IMG/VR virus record: IMGVR_UViG_3300046051_000007
Coordinates: 1 to 41,321 of that record
DNA: 41,321 bases
DNA from: a virus
Taxonomy: Duplodnaviria; Caudoviricetes
Strand: one strand, 5' to 3'
The notes under the pieces are model-generated. The model did not search any database, was not told where the DNA came from, and saw nothing but the letters and a program-made list of their open reading frames with translations. This document shows positions 27,922 through 36,358 of the stretch, one piece after another (the first letter of the stretch is position 1; the number at the start of each line of letters is the position of its first letter). The position numbers and the translations under genes were made by a program.

Positions 27922-29049
27922 TTATACGTCACTATCTATTGCGGACTCTAATATGGCTTTCCCCACTTTAGGATGGACCATATTATTGATAACTTTATCC
28001 CGGGGGTAATCGCTCGGGAAGTCGTATTCTCGGAGTCGTTCCGGGTCGTATCCGAACTCTATGGCGATAGCGTCAGTGTCATGATTATCCATCACAGATT
28101 CACCATCACGTCCGAGAGTCGCCCCTGTATCTATATCCGGGAGTTCAAAGTTTGACCAAAACATATGCCGACCACTTGGTTGTGGTTCAATGAGCGGTTC
28201 ATACCACGGATCAACATTCTCAACAACCCATTTTCCATCAAAATATCCCTTAAGAAATAGAATCTCCTCGTAAAGTCGCATGTCAGGATAAACCGGGTCG
28301 GCACCAGTTTCAACCGCTAGATTCTTGCGCAATTGTGAATGTGTTGGACATGGTGGCGAAGCCCAGATAATATCGAATTTCTCAAAATGATCTAAAAGAT
28401 ATTCATGAGCATCACCAACAACGACCTCATCACCGGGGTATAAGTCACCGTATGCCGTGGCTATCTCTTCGTTCCACTCAACCGCCGTTACATCCGGTTT
28501 GTCACTCCATAGTTTCCGGTTCCCACCAATACCAGCGTATAGATTCAGGATACGGATATCTTTTAGTGCCTTATCTTCAAGTTGGGGTTCGGATAATTCA
28601 TCAATGGTATCATCCATGACACTGTCAAGGAGGTCTTCAAGTTCATCATCGCCGAATCCAAACGATTTGGCCGGAAGGTCCTCTTCGATTTGTTCAAGCT
28701 CTACAGATAATAGTTCATCGTCCCACGGTGCTTCAGCAGTCTTGTTATCCGCAATCCGGGCAGCCTTCACTTCGGCTTCGGTGAGATCCGGACGTTCAAT
28801 CACCGGTACTTCATCCAATCCTAATAATTCCGCAGCCTGCATTCGTCCATGCCCCTTGATAATCTCATCATTACCGTCAACAACAATCGGTTGATCCCAA
28901 GAGTAATTTTTAATTGATGATGCGATCTTTTTTACCTGATCTTCGGGATGTTCCTTGGGGTTATTCGAGTACGGAATTAGTTCCCCGAGTGGTTTCAGTT
29001 CCACGTCGGCATGTAGTCCAATCCCCGTTTCGGTGTTGTCATTGTTCAT
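27922..29049 (-). CDS. ParB/Srx-like domain fused to a C5-cytosine methyltransferase
   Basis: PYSNNPK, PIVVD, IIKGHGR, RIADNK; then LNLYAGIGG, WASPPC, VVENV. Confidence 0.85.
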   Translation of the reverse strand: MNNDNTETGIGLHADVELKPLGELIPYSNNPKEHPEDQVKKIASSIKNYSWDQPIVVDGNDEIIKGHGRMQAAELLGLDEVPVIERPDLTEAEVKAARIADNKTAEAPWDDELLSVELEQIEEDLPAKSFGFGDDELEDLLDSVMDDTIDELSEPQLEDKALKDIRILNLYAGIGGNRKLWSDKPDVTAVEWNEEIATAYGDLYPGDEVVVGDAHEYLLDHFEKFDIIWASPPCPTHSQLRKNLAVETGADPVYPDMRLYEEILFLKGYFDGKWVVENVDPWYEPLIEPQPSGRHMFWSNFELPDIDTGATLGRDGESVMDNHDTDAIAIEFGYDPERLREYDFPSDYPRDKVINNMVHPKVGKAILESAIDSDV

Positions 29050-29234
29050 TTTCTTTAATTCTTTTGTCTAAGATGACTATGTACTACTATCCAGTGGGCG
29101 GGGCATACTCCTCATACTCTAAACTTGACAAGTCGTCAAGTGTTAACTCTGCTGTCATAGATGTGTCGGTGGGGATCTTAATGTATATAAAACGGTGGGG
29201 AGGATCCCGCCAGCCACGGTTGTGATACCGTCCA

Positions 29235-29537
29235 TCAGCGGTTGCCCATTTCTCTGAGGACCCGTTCACTTACTTTTTCTGCGAGGTGTGTGTAGTCAAG
29301 ATCACGGGAGACGGCACGTGCAATCTTTGAGTTATCCACCTGTATTCTGGACCCTTCCACGCCGATATGGTCAACAATCTGTGTTGCTAAGTCTTCCGTA
29401 TCGATTTCCGCACTGTTAGGCAGATTGGGGGATTGCCCATCAATGTATGCAGCCCATGTCTGACCAAGGTTTTCACGGCGCTCGTTGTGCCGTTCGTAGT
29501 CTTCTCGGGGTATTTTGATTGTGCCGTACTCAGTCAT
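29235..29537 (-). CDS. RHH/antitoxin-like protein
   Basis: GTIKIPREDYERHNERRENLGQTWAAYI; paralog of 4529..4717. Confidence 0.65.
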   Translation of the reverse strand: MTEYGTIKIPREDYERHNERRENLGQTWAAYIDGQSPNLPNSAEIDTEDLATQIVDHIGVEGSRIQVDNSKIARAVSRDLDYTHLAEKVSERVLREMGNR

Positions 29538-29653
29538 TCTGCGATCACCGTGAGGGACACAAGCCGGTCGCGATCCCCATCTTGAGGCCGGAGACCGGAT
29601 TTGAGGATGCTATCTTTATTGCTTGCATCAGTTGCGTGGTAGTGGGTTGCCAT
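29534..29653 (-). pseudogene. Truncated ADP-ribosyltransferase-fold (KptA/DarT-like) ORF, 39 aa
   Basis: Manual translation MATHYHATDASNKDSILKSGLRPQDGDRDRLVSLTVIAE matches YH(G/A)T....SI...GL.P...V.L(S/T). Confidence 0.6.
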
Positions 29654-29659
29654 TGGTGT

Positions 29660-29702
29660 CTCCCTCTACCTAATACTTAGGCACCATGGATACTTAACTC
29701 TT
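29660..29702 (-). promoter_or_regulatory. Promoter with palindromic operator
   Basis: TTAAGTA box followed by CCTAA-GTA-TTAGG palindrome and TAGAGGGAGA. Confidence 0.6.
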
Positions 29703-29890
29703 ACTAAGGGGTTTAATGCAGAGGGAATTACAGCACTTTGGGATGCTGCGGTACGCTATCAAAAAGATGCCAAGGGTAGGGGTAATACCTCCGAGGGCTT
29801 TGAACGGTTTGTTGGTCACTCCTGGAAGCAGACGAACAGTTGAACGGGAAGTCGTCTGGATTCAAAGATGACTAATCCGTTTTAGTGTGG

Positions 29891-31321
29891 TTATACATAC
29901 TCAAAGTCGTGGGTTTTGACAGGATACCGCCCTGTCACGCCATGATCTGCAACTCCGAGACACTGACTTATCTCCCGGGTTTGATCGCGTGGATCTAACG
30001 ATACTGCTCCAGCAATCCGGTCAACAAAGTCACACGGTGGCTTGGGCGTCCCGCTGACGATTATGGGGGGACCATCCCATGGGATCTCACCACTGACGTG
30101 ATGATGTGCGATAAAAGCAACGTCAAAGTGATGGTTATTCAGTGTTGTTACCCAGTCGTCATGTCTGGCACTTGTCTCCGCCTGTGGTTTTCTATCCTGA
30201 CCATGCCGGAGGTGTCCGCGGAGATCACCACCGCGGAGGGGGAAATTGACGTATGGTCTGGCTTGGCCGATAGTGAAGTTGACTTTATCAAGAAAGTCAG
30301 TGTGTTTTTGCAACTCTGCAATAGTACCCCGGATGCTTTTGTACAGAATTAGGTCTGCATTCGCTTGCTTGGATGTACCGGATGCTCGGTTCTCGCCGTG
30401 ATTGCCGACTTGGCAGACCACATTAACAGTATCAAATCGCTTGGCATAGGCCTTTACCTGCTCTAATAGTGGCTCCATGAGCATGTCATGCTGGGCATCG
30501 AGCCATGCGTCGAGATCTTCAAACTGGCCTTCATAGATACCCTCATTTGTCACAAAGTCTCCATTCCAGAGCAAGTGTGCGGTATCGTAGTCGGCCCCAT
30601 GGTACTCTGCTAAGCGGAGAGACTTCCGCGTATCATACCGGACTATCTCGGGGATGGTATTGGAGTCATAGACGTTCGTCTGATCCGGGGTTCTGACCTT
30701 ATCGCCGGCATGGATATCGCTTAGGACGTGTACCCAGTCCTCATCCGCTTGCGTGTCCTCGATTTTACACTTGGGCGCTTCTAATCTCTTGAACTCCCGG
30801 ACTAATTTGGTGTTCCTACGCTCCCACCACTTGTTGGCCTTCCGGGTCCGCGTCCCTTTGTGCTCACTGGACCGGATTGCATGATCACCCTCTAAAGTGA
30901 CATGTCCGGCAGTTTCGTCAAGGTAGACCTTCCAGCCATTCGCACGGAGGTCGCGCAGATGCTGATTGACCACAGATCGCCGTGTGCCAATATCCCCAGC
31001 AAGATGACTGATTGTAGCACCCTCCTGGAGCTTGGTTAAAATATACCGTTCTCGTTGTGTCAGATCGCTTGGGGAGGGATCCCGGGTTGGGACAATGCTC
31101 TGTTCTTGCCATGTGTGTTGTTCATTTTGGTCTGACTCCAAATGGTAAAAATACTCATCATCCACCGAAATACCAACTCCATGATCCCGGAGGGTTGAAA
31201 GATGATCCTTGACTGTGGTCGGCTGGATCCCCACTTCTGCAGCAATACCATGCTTGTTTTTGGGTCCATCTTGCAACACTTCCAAAACCCTACGTGGACC
31301 ATCCGGGATGTTTTCAGTCAT
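29891..31321 (-). CDS. Tandem winged-HTH + calcineurin-like metallophosphoesterase
   Basis: Two HTHs (IAAEVGI..TTVKDHL..LR; LAGDIG...SVVNQHL..LR), then SDIH, GDFV, GNHG, HG, AHHH. Confidence 0.85.
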   Translation of the reverse strand: MTENIPDGPRRVLEVLQDGPKNKHGIAAEVGIQPTTVKDHLSTLRDHGVGISVDDEYFYHLESDQNEQHTWQEQSIVPTRDPSPSDLTQRERYILTKLQEGATISHLAGDIGTRRSVVNQHLRDLRANGWKVYLDETAGHVTLEGDHAIRSSEHKGTRTRKANKWWERRNTKLVREFKRLEAPKCKIEDTQADEDWVHVLSDIHAGDKVRTPDQTNVYDSNTIPEIVRYDTRKSLRLAEYHGADYDTAHLLWNGDFVTNEGIYEGQFEDLDAWLDAQHDMLMEPLLEQVKAYAKRFDTVNVVCQVGNHGENRASGTSKQANADLILYKSIRGTIAELQKHTDFLDKVNFTIGQARPYVNFPLRGGDLRGHLRHGQDRKPQAETSARHDDWVTTLNNHHFDVAFIAHHHVSGEIPWDGPPIIVSGTPKPPCDFVDRIAGAVSLDPRDQTREISQCLGVADHGVTGRYPVKTHDFEYV

Positions 31322-31626
31322 GGTTCGTTGAATTCTCCGATGGCTTTGAATACCTGGTATTTACCGTCCATTCTCGTTTTGGGGTTTCTGTCCATGACTT
31401 CACCGTCAAATATAATCTCCCCATTTTTTGATGCCAGGACCGGCCAGTCGGTGGGTTGTGTCGTTGTGATCTCTGCTGGGACATTCCTATCCTTGGCCTT
31501 GAGCAGATAGTATGTCATCATATTTGCATCCTTTTTGACTATTATGACAGGATCGTACTCGGCGAGTTCATGTACAGGACTGTTGGCATCTTCCCAGATT
31601 GTGCATTTGTCAGCTTTGATGGACAT
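31318..31626 (-). CDS. Hypothetical protein
   Basis: GGAG before ATG 31626; ATGA-coupled downstream. Confidence 0.6.
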   Translation of the reverse strand: MSIKADKCTIWEDANSPVHELAEYDPVIIVKKDANMMTYYLLKAKDRNVPAEITTTQPTDWPVLASKNGEIIFDGEVMDRNPKTRMDGKYQVFKAIGEFNEP

Positions 31627-31630
31627 GTTT

Positions 31631-31804
31631 TTATCTCCACTTATCCCGGTCACATGACACGGATGACCAAATCCATGCATCTTCATTCTCCAAATCAGTC
31701 AAATGCATGCCATGCTGGTAATCGCTTGACACATCTGCAACAGTCAAGATTGGTACAAATAATTTGCCTTCGCGTCTGACGACTGGGAGGTTATCGTCAC
31801 TCAT
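31631..31804 (-). CDS. Hypothetical protein (57 aa)
   Basis: Manual translation MSDDNLPVVRREGK...; fills the gap in the operon. Confidence 0.45.
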   Translation of the reverse strand: MSDDNLPVVRREGKLFVPILTVADVSSDYQHGMHLTDLENEDAWIWSSVSCDRDKWR

Positions 31805-32132
31805 CCTTACCGAAAGTGACGCTTATACTACCCTGCGCCATCTCCCTCATCTCGTCCATTTTGATGCCATGCAGGGATCCAATTATCGAAAATCCCAATG
31901 CAGACGCTAGGCTGTAGACCGTGATCAGTGTAGGTGTGGTTTCTCCAAGCCCTGATACCCATACCCCGGTCCAGACCATCCAACCGAGTAAAAATACGGT
32001 TGTGACAACTTTCCCCCACAAAGGTAGTTCCTTTACTGCCATCTTGGCTCCAAATATTTCACACCTGGCACGTTCTTTTGGCCGGCACCAACCATCAACT
32101 GCCGTAAGGTCGACACTATCTTCAAACGACAT
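31797..32132 (-). CDS. Membrane protein (2 TM), holin-like size
   Basis: Two hydrophobic helices; function inferred only. Confidence 0.6.
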   Translation of the reverse strand: MSFEDSVDLTAVDGWCRPKERARCEIFGAKMAVKELPLWGKVVTTVFLLGWMVWTGVWVSGLGETTPTLITVYSLASALGFSIIGSLHGIKMDEMREMAQGSISVTFGKDE

Positions 32133-32325
32133 TGATTTCTTCCTCTGATTGCCGGATTGTTTGGCCAGATTTGAGCCTGATTGTGTAAACCCACTGTACC
32201 GGCTCTCCAAACTCTTTAGACAGGTCCTTGGAGACAATTCGCCCGTGTTTTTGTTGCCCCAACCACGTCAAAGTGACCTGTTGGCCTTCTTCTGGCCATT
32301 CAAAAGTATCGGCTGTTTTACTCAT
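32122..32325 (-). CDS. Small SH3-like hypothetical protein
   Basis: ATGA-coupled; GQQV...GRIV...YTIRL pattern. Confidence 0.55.
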   Translation of the reverse strand: MSKTADTFEWPEEGQQVTLTWLGQQKHGRIVSKDLSKEFGEPVQWVYTIRLKSGQTIRQSEEEINVV

Positions 32326-32873
32326 TGCAGTGCTCTCCCGATTGCATATTCCCAATCTTTTGGCTTTTCTTCCAAGGCACTATAAAACTCAGATTCGTTT
32401 GTACGGTTTTGCACAATACCATCACGCTCCAATTTTTCCAAACTCGCCAATAACGATGATTTGGTGGTTTTAAGGTTTGCCTCTCGTATGGTTTCCGAAC
32501 GTGTTGAGGGATTGACCGCTCCGCATTCACAACCCCAACGAGTGAACATGTCCATTTGATGATAGCCATCAACCTCTGACTCATCAACAACCATGGTTTC
32601 GGTGGTGGTGGTGGGGTGTTGTGTCCCTACAAAACACGTTGGAGGTTCCTTTTCCCCGGCAGGTAGAAGGTCAACAAATTCTTGGCGTTCAATAACATCC
32701 TTTATTGGACGGAAACAAGTAGAACACCAATTGTGCATCGAGTCTATGTGCCTTAGGACCTTTTTACCTCTATTCCGGTGAAAACACTCCATTGAACAGA
32801 ATGAGCCTTTGACAGTTGGATGATCAAAGGTTTTAGAACAGTTGCCACAATGATATTGGTCTGTTGTTGACAT
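32322..32873 (-). CDS. Zn-finger protein
   Basis: CGNC, FCSMEC, CSTC, CECG. Confidence 0.7.
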   Translation of the reverse strand: MSTTDQYHCGNCSKTFDHPTVKGSFCSMECFHRNRGKKVLRHIDSMHNWCSTCFRPIKDVIERQEFVDLLPAGEKEPPTCFVGTQHPTTTTETMVVDESEVDGYHQMDMFTRWGCECGAVNPSTRSETIREANLKTTKSSLLASLEKLERDGIVQNRTNESEFYSALEEKPKDWEYAIGRALQ

Positions 32874-33093
32874 GGTTGGGATGGACGGGGTTATCCATGC
32901 ACAATGCTGCCAACATTGCCCAAGGGCTTACATGTAGGACCAGTAACTAATTGGCCCAGTCGCTTATCTTATACCAATGGAGTGGGGCAGAAAAGTGTTT
33001 CGGGGACGCACATTAGACGGGGCCGTCATCTACAGATTACTCTACTGTATCAGGGGAGCCGTCAGTGGTGTCTTGAGCAGTGTCACCGCCGGG

Positions 33094-33678
33094 TTATTCG
33101 CCGCCGAACTCCCGGTCGCCGCCGATCCGAGATGCCTGCGGGCCCGCCTGTCCCTGGTACTTCGACCCGCGTTCGGCACCATAGGGGCGCTCGGCGGCCG
33201 AGGAAAGCACCGTGAACGTGAGCTGGGAGATCCGCATGCCCGGCGAGAGCGCCACCGGTGCTGCCCCGAGATTGGACAGTTCCAGAGTGATCTGGCCCTT
33301 GTAGCCTGGGTCGCACAAGCCTGCAGTCGCGTGCACCACGATCGCCAACCGTCCCAGCGAGGAGCGCCCCTCGACGTGCGCGATCAGGTCCGGCGGGATC
33401 TCGACGCGCTCTCGCGTCGTTCCCAGGACGAAGTCGCCGGGGTGCAGGACGAAGTCGTCGCCCTCATCGACGACGGTCTCGTCGACGTACTCCGCGACCT
33501 CGTCGTCGCTTTCCGGATGGATACAGGGGATGTTGGTGCGCTGGAACTCCAGGAACTCCCGTCCAAGCCGGAGGTCGACGCTCGCCGGCTGAAGCTGTAC
33601 CTCGGGATCGTCGAGGGGCTCGACGACGAGGTCGCCCTCCTCGAGCCGTCGGCGGATGTCGCGATCGGAGAGGATCAT
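33094..33678 (-). CDS. dcd: dCTP deaminase
   Basis: [51 protein letters not shown]. Confidence 0.97.
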   Translation of the reverse strand: MILSDRDIRRRLEEGDLVVEPLDDPEVQLQPASVDLRLGREFLEFQRTNIPCIHPESDDEVAEYVDETVVDEGDDFVLHPGDFVLGTTRERVEIPPDLIAHVEGRSSLGRLAIVVHATAGLCDPGYKGQITLELSNLGAAPVALSPGMRISQLTFTVLSSAAERPYGAERGSKYQGQAGPQASRIGGDREFGGE

Positions 33679-34007
33679 ACTACGTTTCCCGTCCCCGTCT
33701 GGAGATTACTATACCTACATGTCTCACAATATTCATAGTCGTTATCGGAAGACATAGTATAATAGAGTGCACTCTCATCCCTCCAAAGCACCCATTTACC
33801 CCCATCAAAGTCAGGGCAAAGGGGAGTCGTGTGTATGTCACCATCTCCTGGGACTACTCTGACCGGTCCACCCCCGCACCATCCTTCGCGGCGGTGGAAA
33901 CACTCACCACAAATGTCACCATGGGAGATGTGAGAGATAAGACCACAACCAGGGCAAACCGGGAGATCGCCAATCTGCTCGATGTCTGAGGGGTTATTGT
34001 TGGCCAT
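33675..34007 (-). CDS. Zn-finger protein
   Basis: CPGCG..CGEC, HTTPLC...CETC. Confidence 0.65.
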   Translation of the reverse strand: MANNNPSDIEQIGDLPVCPGCGLISHISHGDICGECFHRREGWCGGGPVRVVPGDGDIHTTPLCPDFDGGKWVLWRDESALYYTMSSDNDYEYCETCRYSNLQTGTGNVV

Positions 34008-34779
34008 TATAAGTACATTTTGAACAAAGCGTCATTTGCTCTTCGTCATTCTGTGCCCGTTCAACCACTTGCTCTTTTTTGCTAAGTGCGCCCCATGCCC
34101 ACGTCTCGCGTTCTTTTTGGATATCATCAATATCAACCGACCTCTCTAAAGACTCCAACCATTGGGTATGGTCAGGGCAACCGGCTACACGCAGGTCTAA
34201 CTTTTCTTCGGGGGATCCAAAACAACCGCAAAAACAGTCCCCCGACCGGCCAAGTGTATTCCAGAGATCGTTTTCGGGGAGACCAAACCGCTCAAGATAA
34301 TCGCGGCACTGTTCTTTGCTCCAATCATGGATTGGAGCATGCCAAATCCAACGTGGCTCTTCGCTTTTGTGCTGTACATGCTCCATGCGTCGTTTGGACT
34401 CATCACTCCGGACCCCCGTCCACAAATGCAAGTCAGATGACTGGCCTCGTCCCGAGGAGAATGTTGCAAGTCGGCTGATTTGTCGCTCTTTAAGAGTACG
34501 GTACATAATATTATGACGACTGGGACCAGGAAACCCGTTTGTTTTGACCCGGGACTCATAACTCTCACTTGTACGGAGTGTCCATAGCTGTATCCCAAGT
34601 TCATCGGCTAATCTCTCGACATATTCTCGGTTTTTTGTGAGACCAGTCCGGGTGTCTAAATAAATTAACAGGTCCACTGGTCCCCAACGGGAAGAGACAT
34701 GTGCTGCGATTGTTGAGTCCAGCCCCCCAGAAACAAGCGCGACATGGTTTCCTCTCTCATGATTAGTTTTTGATGCCAT
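33994..34779 (-). CDS. PAPS reductase-family (PP-loop) protein
   Basis: SGGLDS, DT, TGVRSDESKRR, PIHDWS, SGDCFCG; start at MASKTN. Confidence 0.85.
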   Translation of the reverse strand: MASKTNHERGNHVALVSGGLDSTIAAHVSSRWGPVDLLIYLDTRTGLTKNREYVERLADELGIQLWTLRTSESYESRVKTNGFPGPSRHNIMYRTLKERQISRLATFSSGRGQSSDLHLWTGVRSDESKRRMEHVQHKSEEPRWIWHAPIHDWSKEQCRDYLERFGLPENDLWNTLGRSGDCFCGCFGSPEEKLDLRVAGCPDHTQWLESLERSVDIDDIQKERETWAWGALSKKEQVVERAQNDEEQMTLCSKCTYNGQQ

Positions 34780-34786
34780 GTTTATC

Positions 34787-35197
34787 TTAATTCCACTCCA
34801 CTTGTTCACGTGTGACTGTATTATCACATCCGTCCACAGTACATGTATATTCATCCTCAGCGATATTCCGCAACCCAGTGTGAGCACAACCGGGGATGGG
34901 ACCACGGTCGCCATCATCCCGGTTGTGTGCTACCTCATATGCTGGTTGGGTGATCTCGTACAAACGTACTTTGTCGCCATCCAAGTGGTACCAACCGGCT
35001 TTTTTAATGATGCCCTTGTGGACAAATGATCGAATGGGACCGTTGCTGAGTTCGTCAATGGTTGGATGTTCGTCGACTCTGCTTGAGTTTGTCCATTTCT
35101 CCCCAGGTTCTGGTAATTTTGTTATGATGTGCCGGTTGGCCCGTATCATATCAACTGTGCCAGGTCGAAACGGTTGTGGTCGATTACAGTCAGTCAT
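34787..35197 (-). CDS. wHTH-like + Zn-finger hypothetical protein
   Basis: KGIIKKAG...YEIT; CAHTG...YTCTVDGC. Confidence 0.6.
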   Translation of the reverse strand: MTDCNRPQPFRPGTVDMIRANRHIITKLPEPGEKWTNSSRVDEHPTIDELSNGPIRSFVHKGIIKKAGWYHLDGDKVRLYEITQPAYEVAHNRDDGDRGPIPGCAHTGLRNIAEDEYTCTVDGCDNTVTREQVEWN

Positions 35198-35619
35198 AAT
35201 ACGTATTTGAGGTCTTGTGCTTGTAGTTTTTCCGGTGTGATACCCTCTTCAGTGCCATCGGGATCAACAACGCGGAGTTGTTCATCCCCCTTCCTACCAA
35301 TATAGTTCTTTGATGTTCGTTCCAATTCCTCCAACGAGTAAAAATACCATGCGCGTTCTCCTTTGAAACGTCCGATAGCAACTGCATGCATACCAAACCC
35401 GTTTGAATAACGTATGAGTTGGCGGATTTTATCTTTGTCTACGTAGATCTGATCGCGTGATGTCGTCTTCTCCTCGGCCGCGAATCCAATACCTCCCTTG
35501 CCAAGGATCACATCCGGGAGTTCGTTTGTCGTTGCTGAGCCACTCGCTGCGGCGCGCTGGGCAACCCAGCCACCGTCGTGGAATTTTCTCACGATATTGC
35601 GTTCTGTTTGATCTCCCAT
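35194..35619 (-). CDS. hjc: Archaeal Holliday junction resolvase
   Basis: GDQTER, RAAASGS, PDVI, EEK (PD-(D/E)xK). Confidence 0.9.
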   Translation of the reverse strand: MGDQTERNIVRKFHDGGWVAQRAAASGSATTNELPDVILGKGGIGFAAEEKTTSRDQIYVDKDKIRQLIRYSNGFGMHAVAIGRFKGERAWYFYSLEELERTSKNYIGRKGDEQLRVVDPDGTEEGITPEKLQAQDLKYVL

Positions 35620-35621
35620 GA

Positions 35622-35834
35622 TTATTGGATTATTGTGTTATTTTTGGACGGGTTGTTCGGGGTAGTGGTACCGGTGTCAGGATTGTCAGGATTGTCAGGA
35701 TTCACCAATCGCTCTCGGATGTGCATCTTACCCCCGCAGACACAGTAGTGCGGGACCTTATCTGAGCCACTCACAGCTTTCGTGATGCCACACTCGATAC
35801 ACTTCAAAATGGCACCATTATCCTTGTCAGTCAT
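35622..35834 (-). CDS. Zn-ribbon micro-protein
   Basis: CIECG...CVCGGKM; NPD x3. Confidence 0.6.
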   Translation of the reverse strand: MTDKDNGAILKCIECGITKAVSGSDKVPHYCVCGGKMHIRERLVNPDNPDNPDTGTTTPNNPSKNNTIIQ

Positions 35835-36006
35835 TGGTTTGCCCCCTTTTGTGTGCCCGTTCGGGAGCGCGTCTGAGTTTATCCACACACTCGACACAGG
35901 CCTGACGATCTGTCATTTCCGACCACCATTGTGACACATGGGCACCACAGTTCTTACACTGCTTGATACTCTGCACCCCACCAGGATCCGGCCAGTGCTC
36001 AGGCAT
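35827..36006 (-). CDS. Zn-finger micro-protein
   Basis: CKNCGAHVS...ACVEC. Confidence 0.65.
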   Translation of the reverse strand: MPEHWPDPGGVQSIKQCKNCGAHVSQWWSEMTDRQACVECVDKLRRAPERAHKRGQTND

Positions 36007-36358
36007 CTTCGACCTCTCGGATGAGACTAGCCAGTCCTTTGTGTGTGATCGCATACCGGTCTGGGTCTTGGTTTAGCTCGCCCATTACGTTACACAGGGA
36101 CTCCACATCCTTAATACATACTGTTTTGTTCCCCACGGAGTCCCTAAGTTGTAGGACTTCACCGTTTTGTATTGCCGCCCTTTTCGTTTTCGCGATCGTG
36201 CTGGTACTGTAACCTGCATTGTGCATCGCAATCGCTATGCTCGACACTCGTGCCATGGCTGGCTGGGGGCTTGGGGTGTTTGGACCGCCGGTGTTTGCCC
36301 GTACCGTGGTGAGATACTTTTCATACCGTCGTTTGCGGTCTTTTTGCTGCTGTGACAT
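35999..36358 (-). CDS. Hypothetical (wHTH-like) protein
   Basis: TAATG-coupled to MCM. Confidence 0.6.
   Translation of the reverse strand: MSQQQKDRKRRYEKYLTTVRANTGGPNTPSPQPAMARVSSIAIAMHNAGYSTSTIAKTKRAAIQNGEVLQLRDSVGNKTVCIKDVESLCNVMGELNQDPDRYAITHKGLASLIREVEDA

Noticed and set aside
34780-34917. N-terminal extension of the PAPS-reductase-like ORF
   Set aside because: Overlaps the upstream gene 34787..35197; the ATG at 34779 fits the operon packing
35676-35702. 9-bp tandem repeat (NPD x3)
   Set aside because: Ordinary slippage in a low-complexity protein tail
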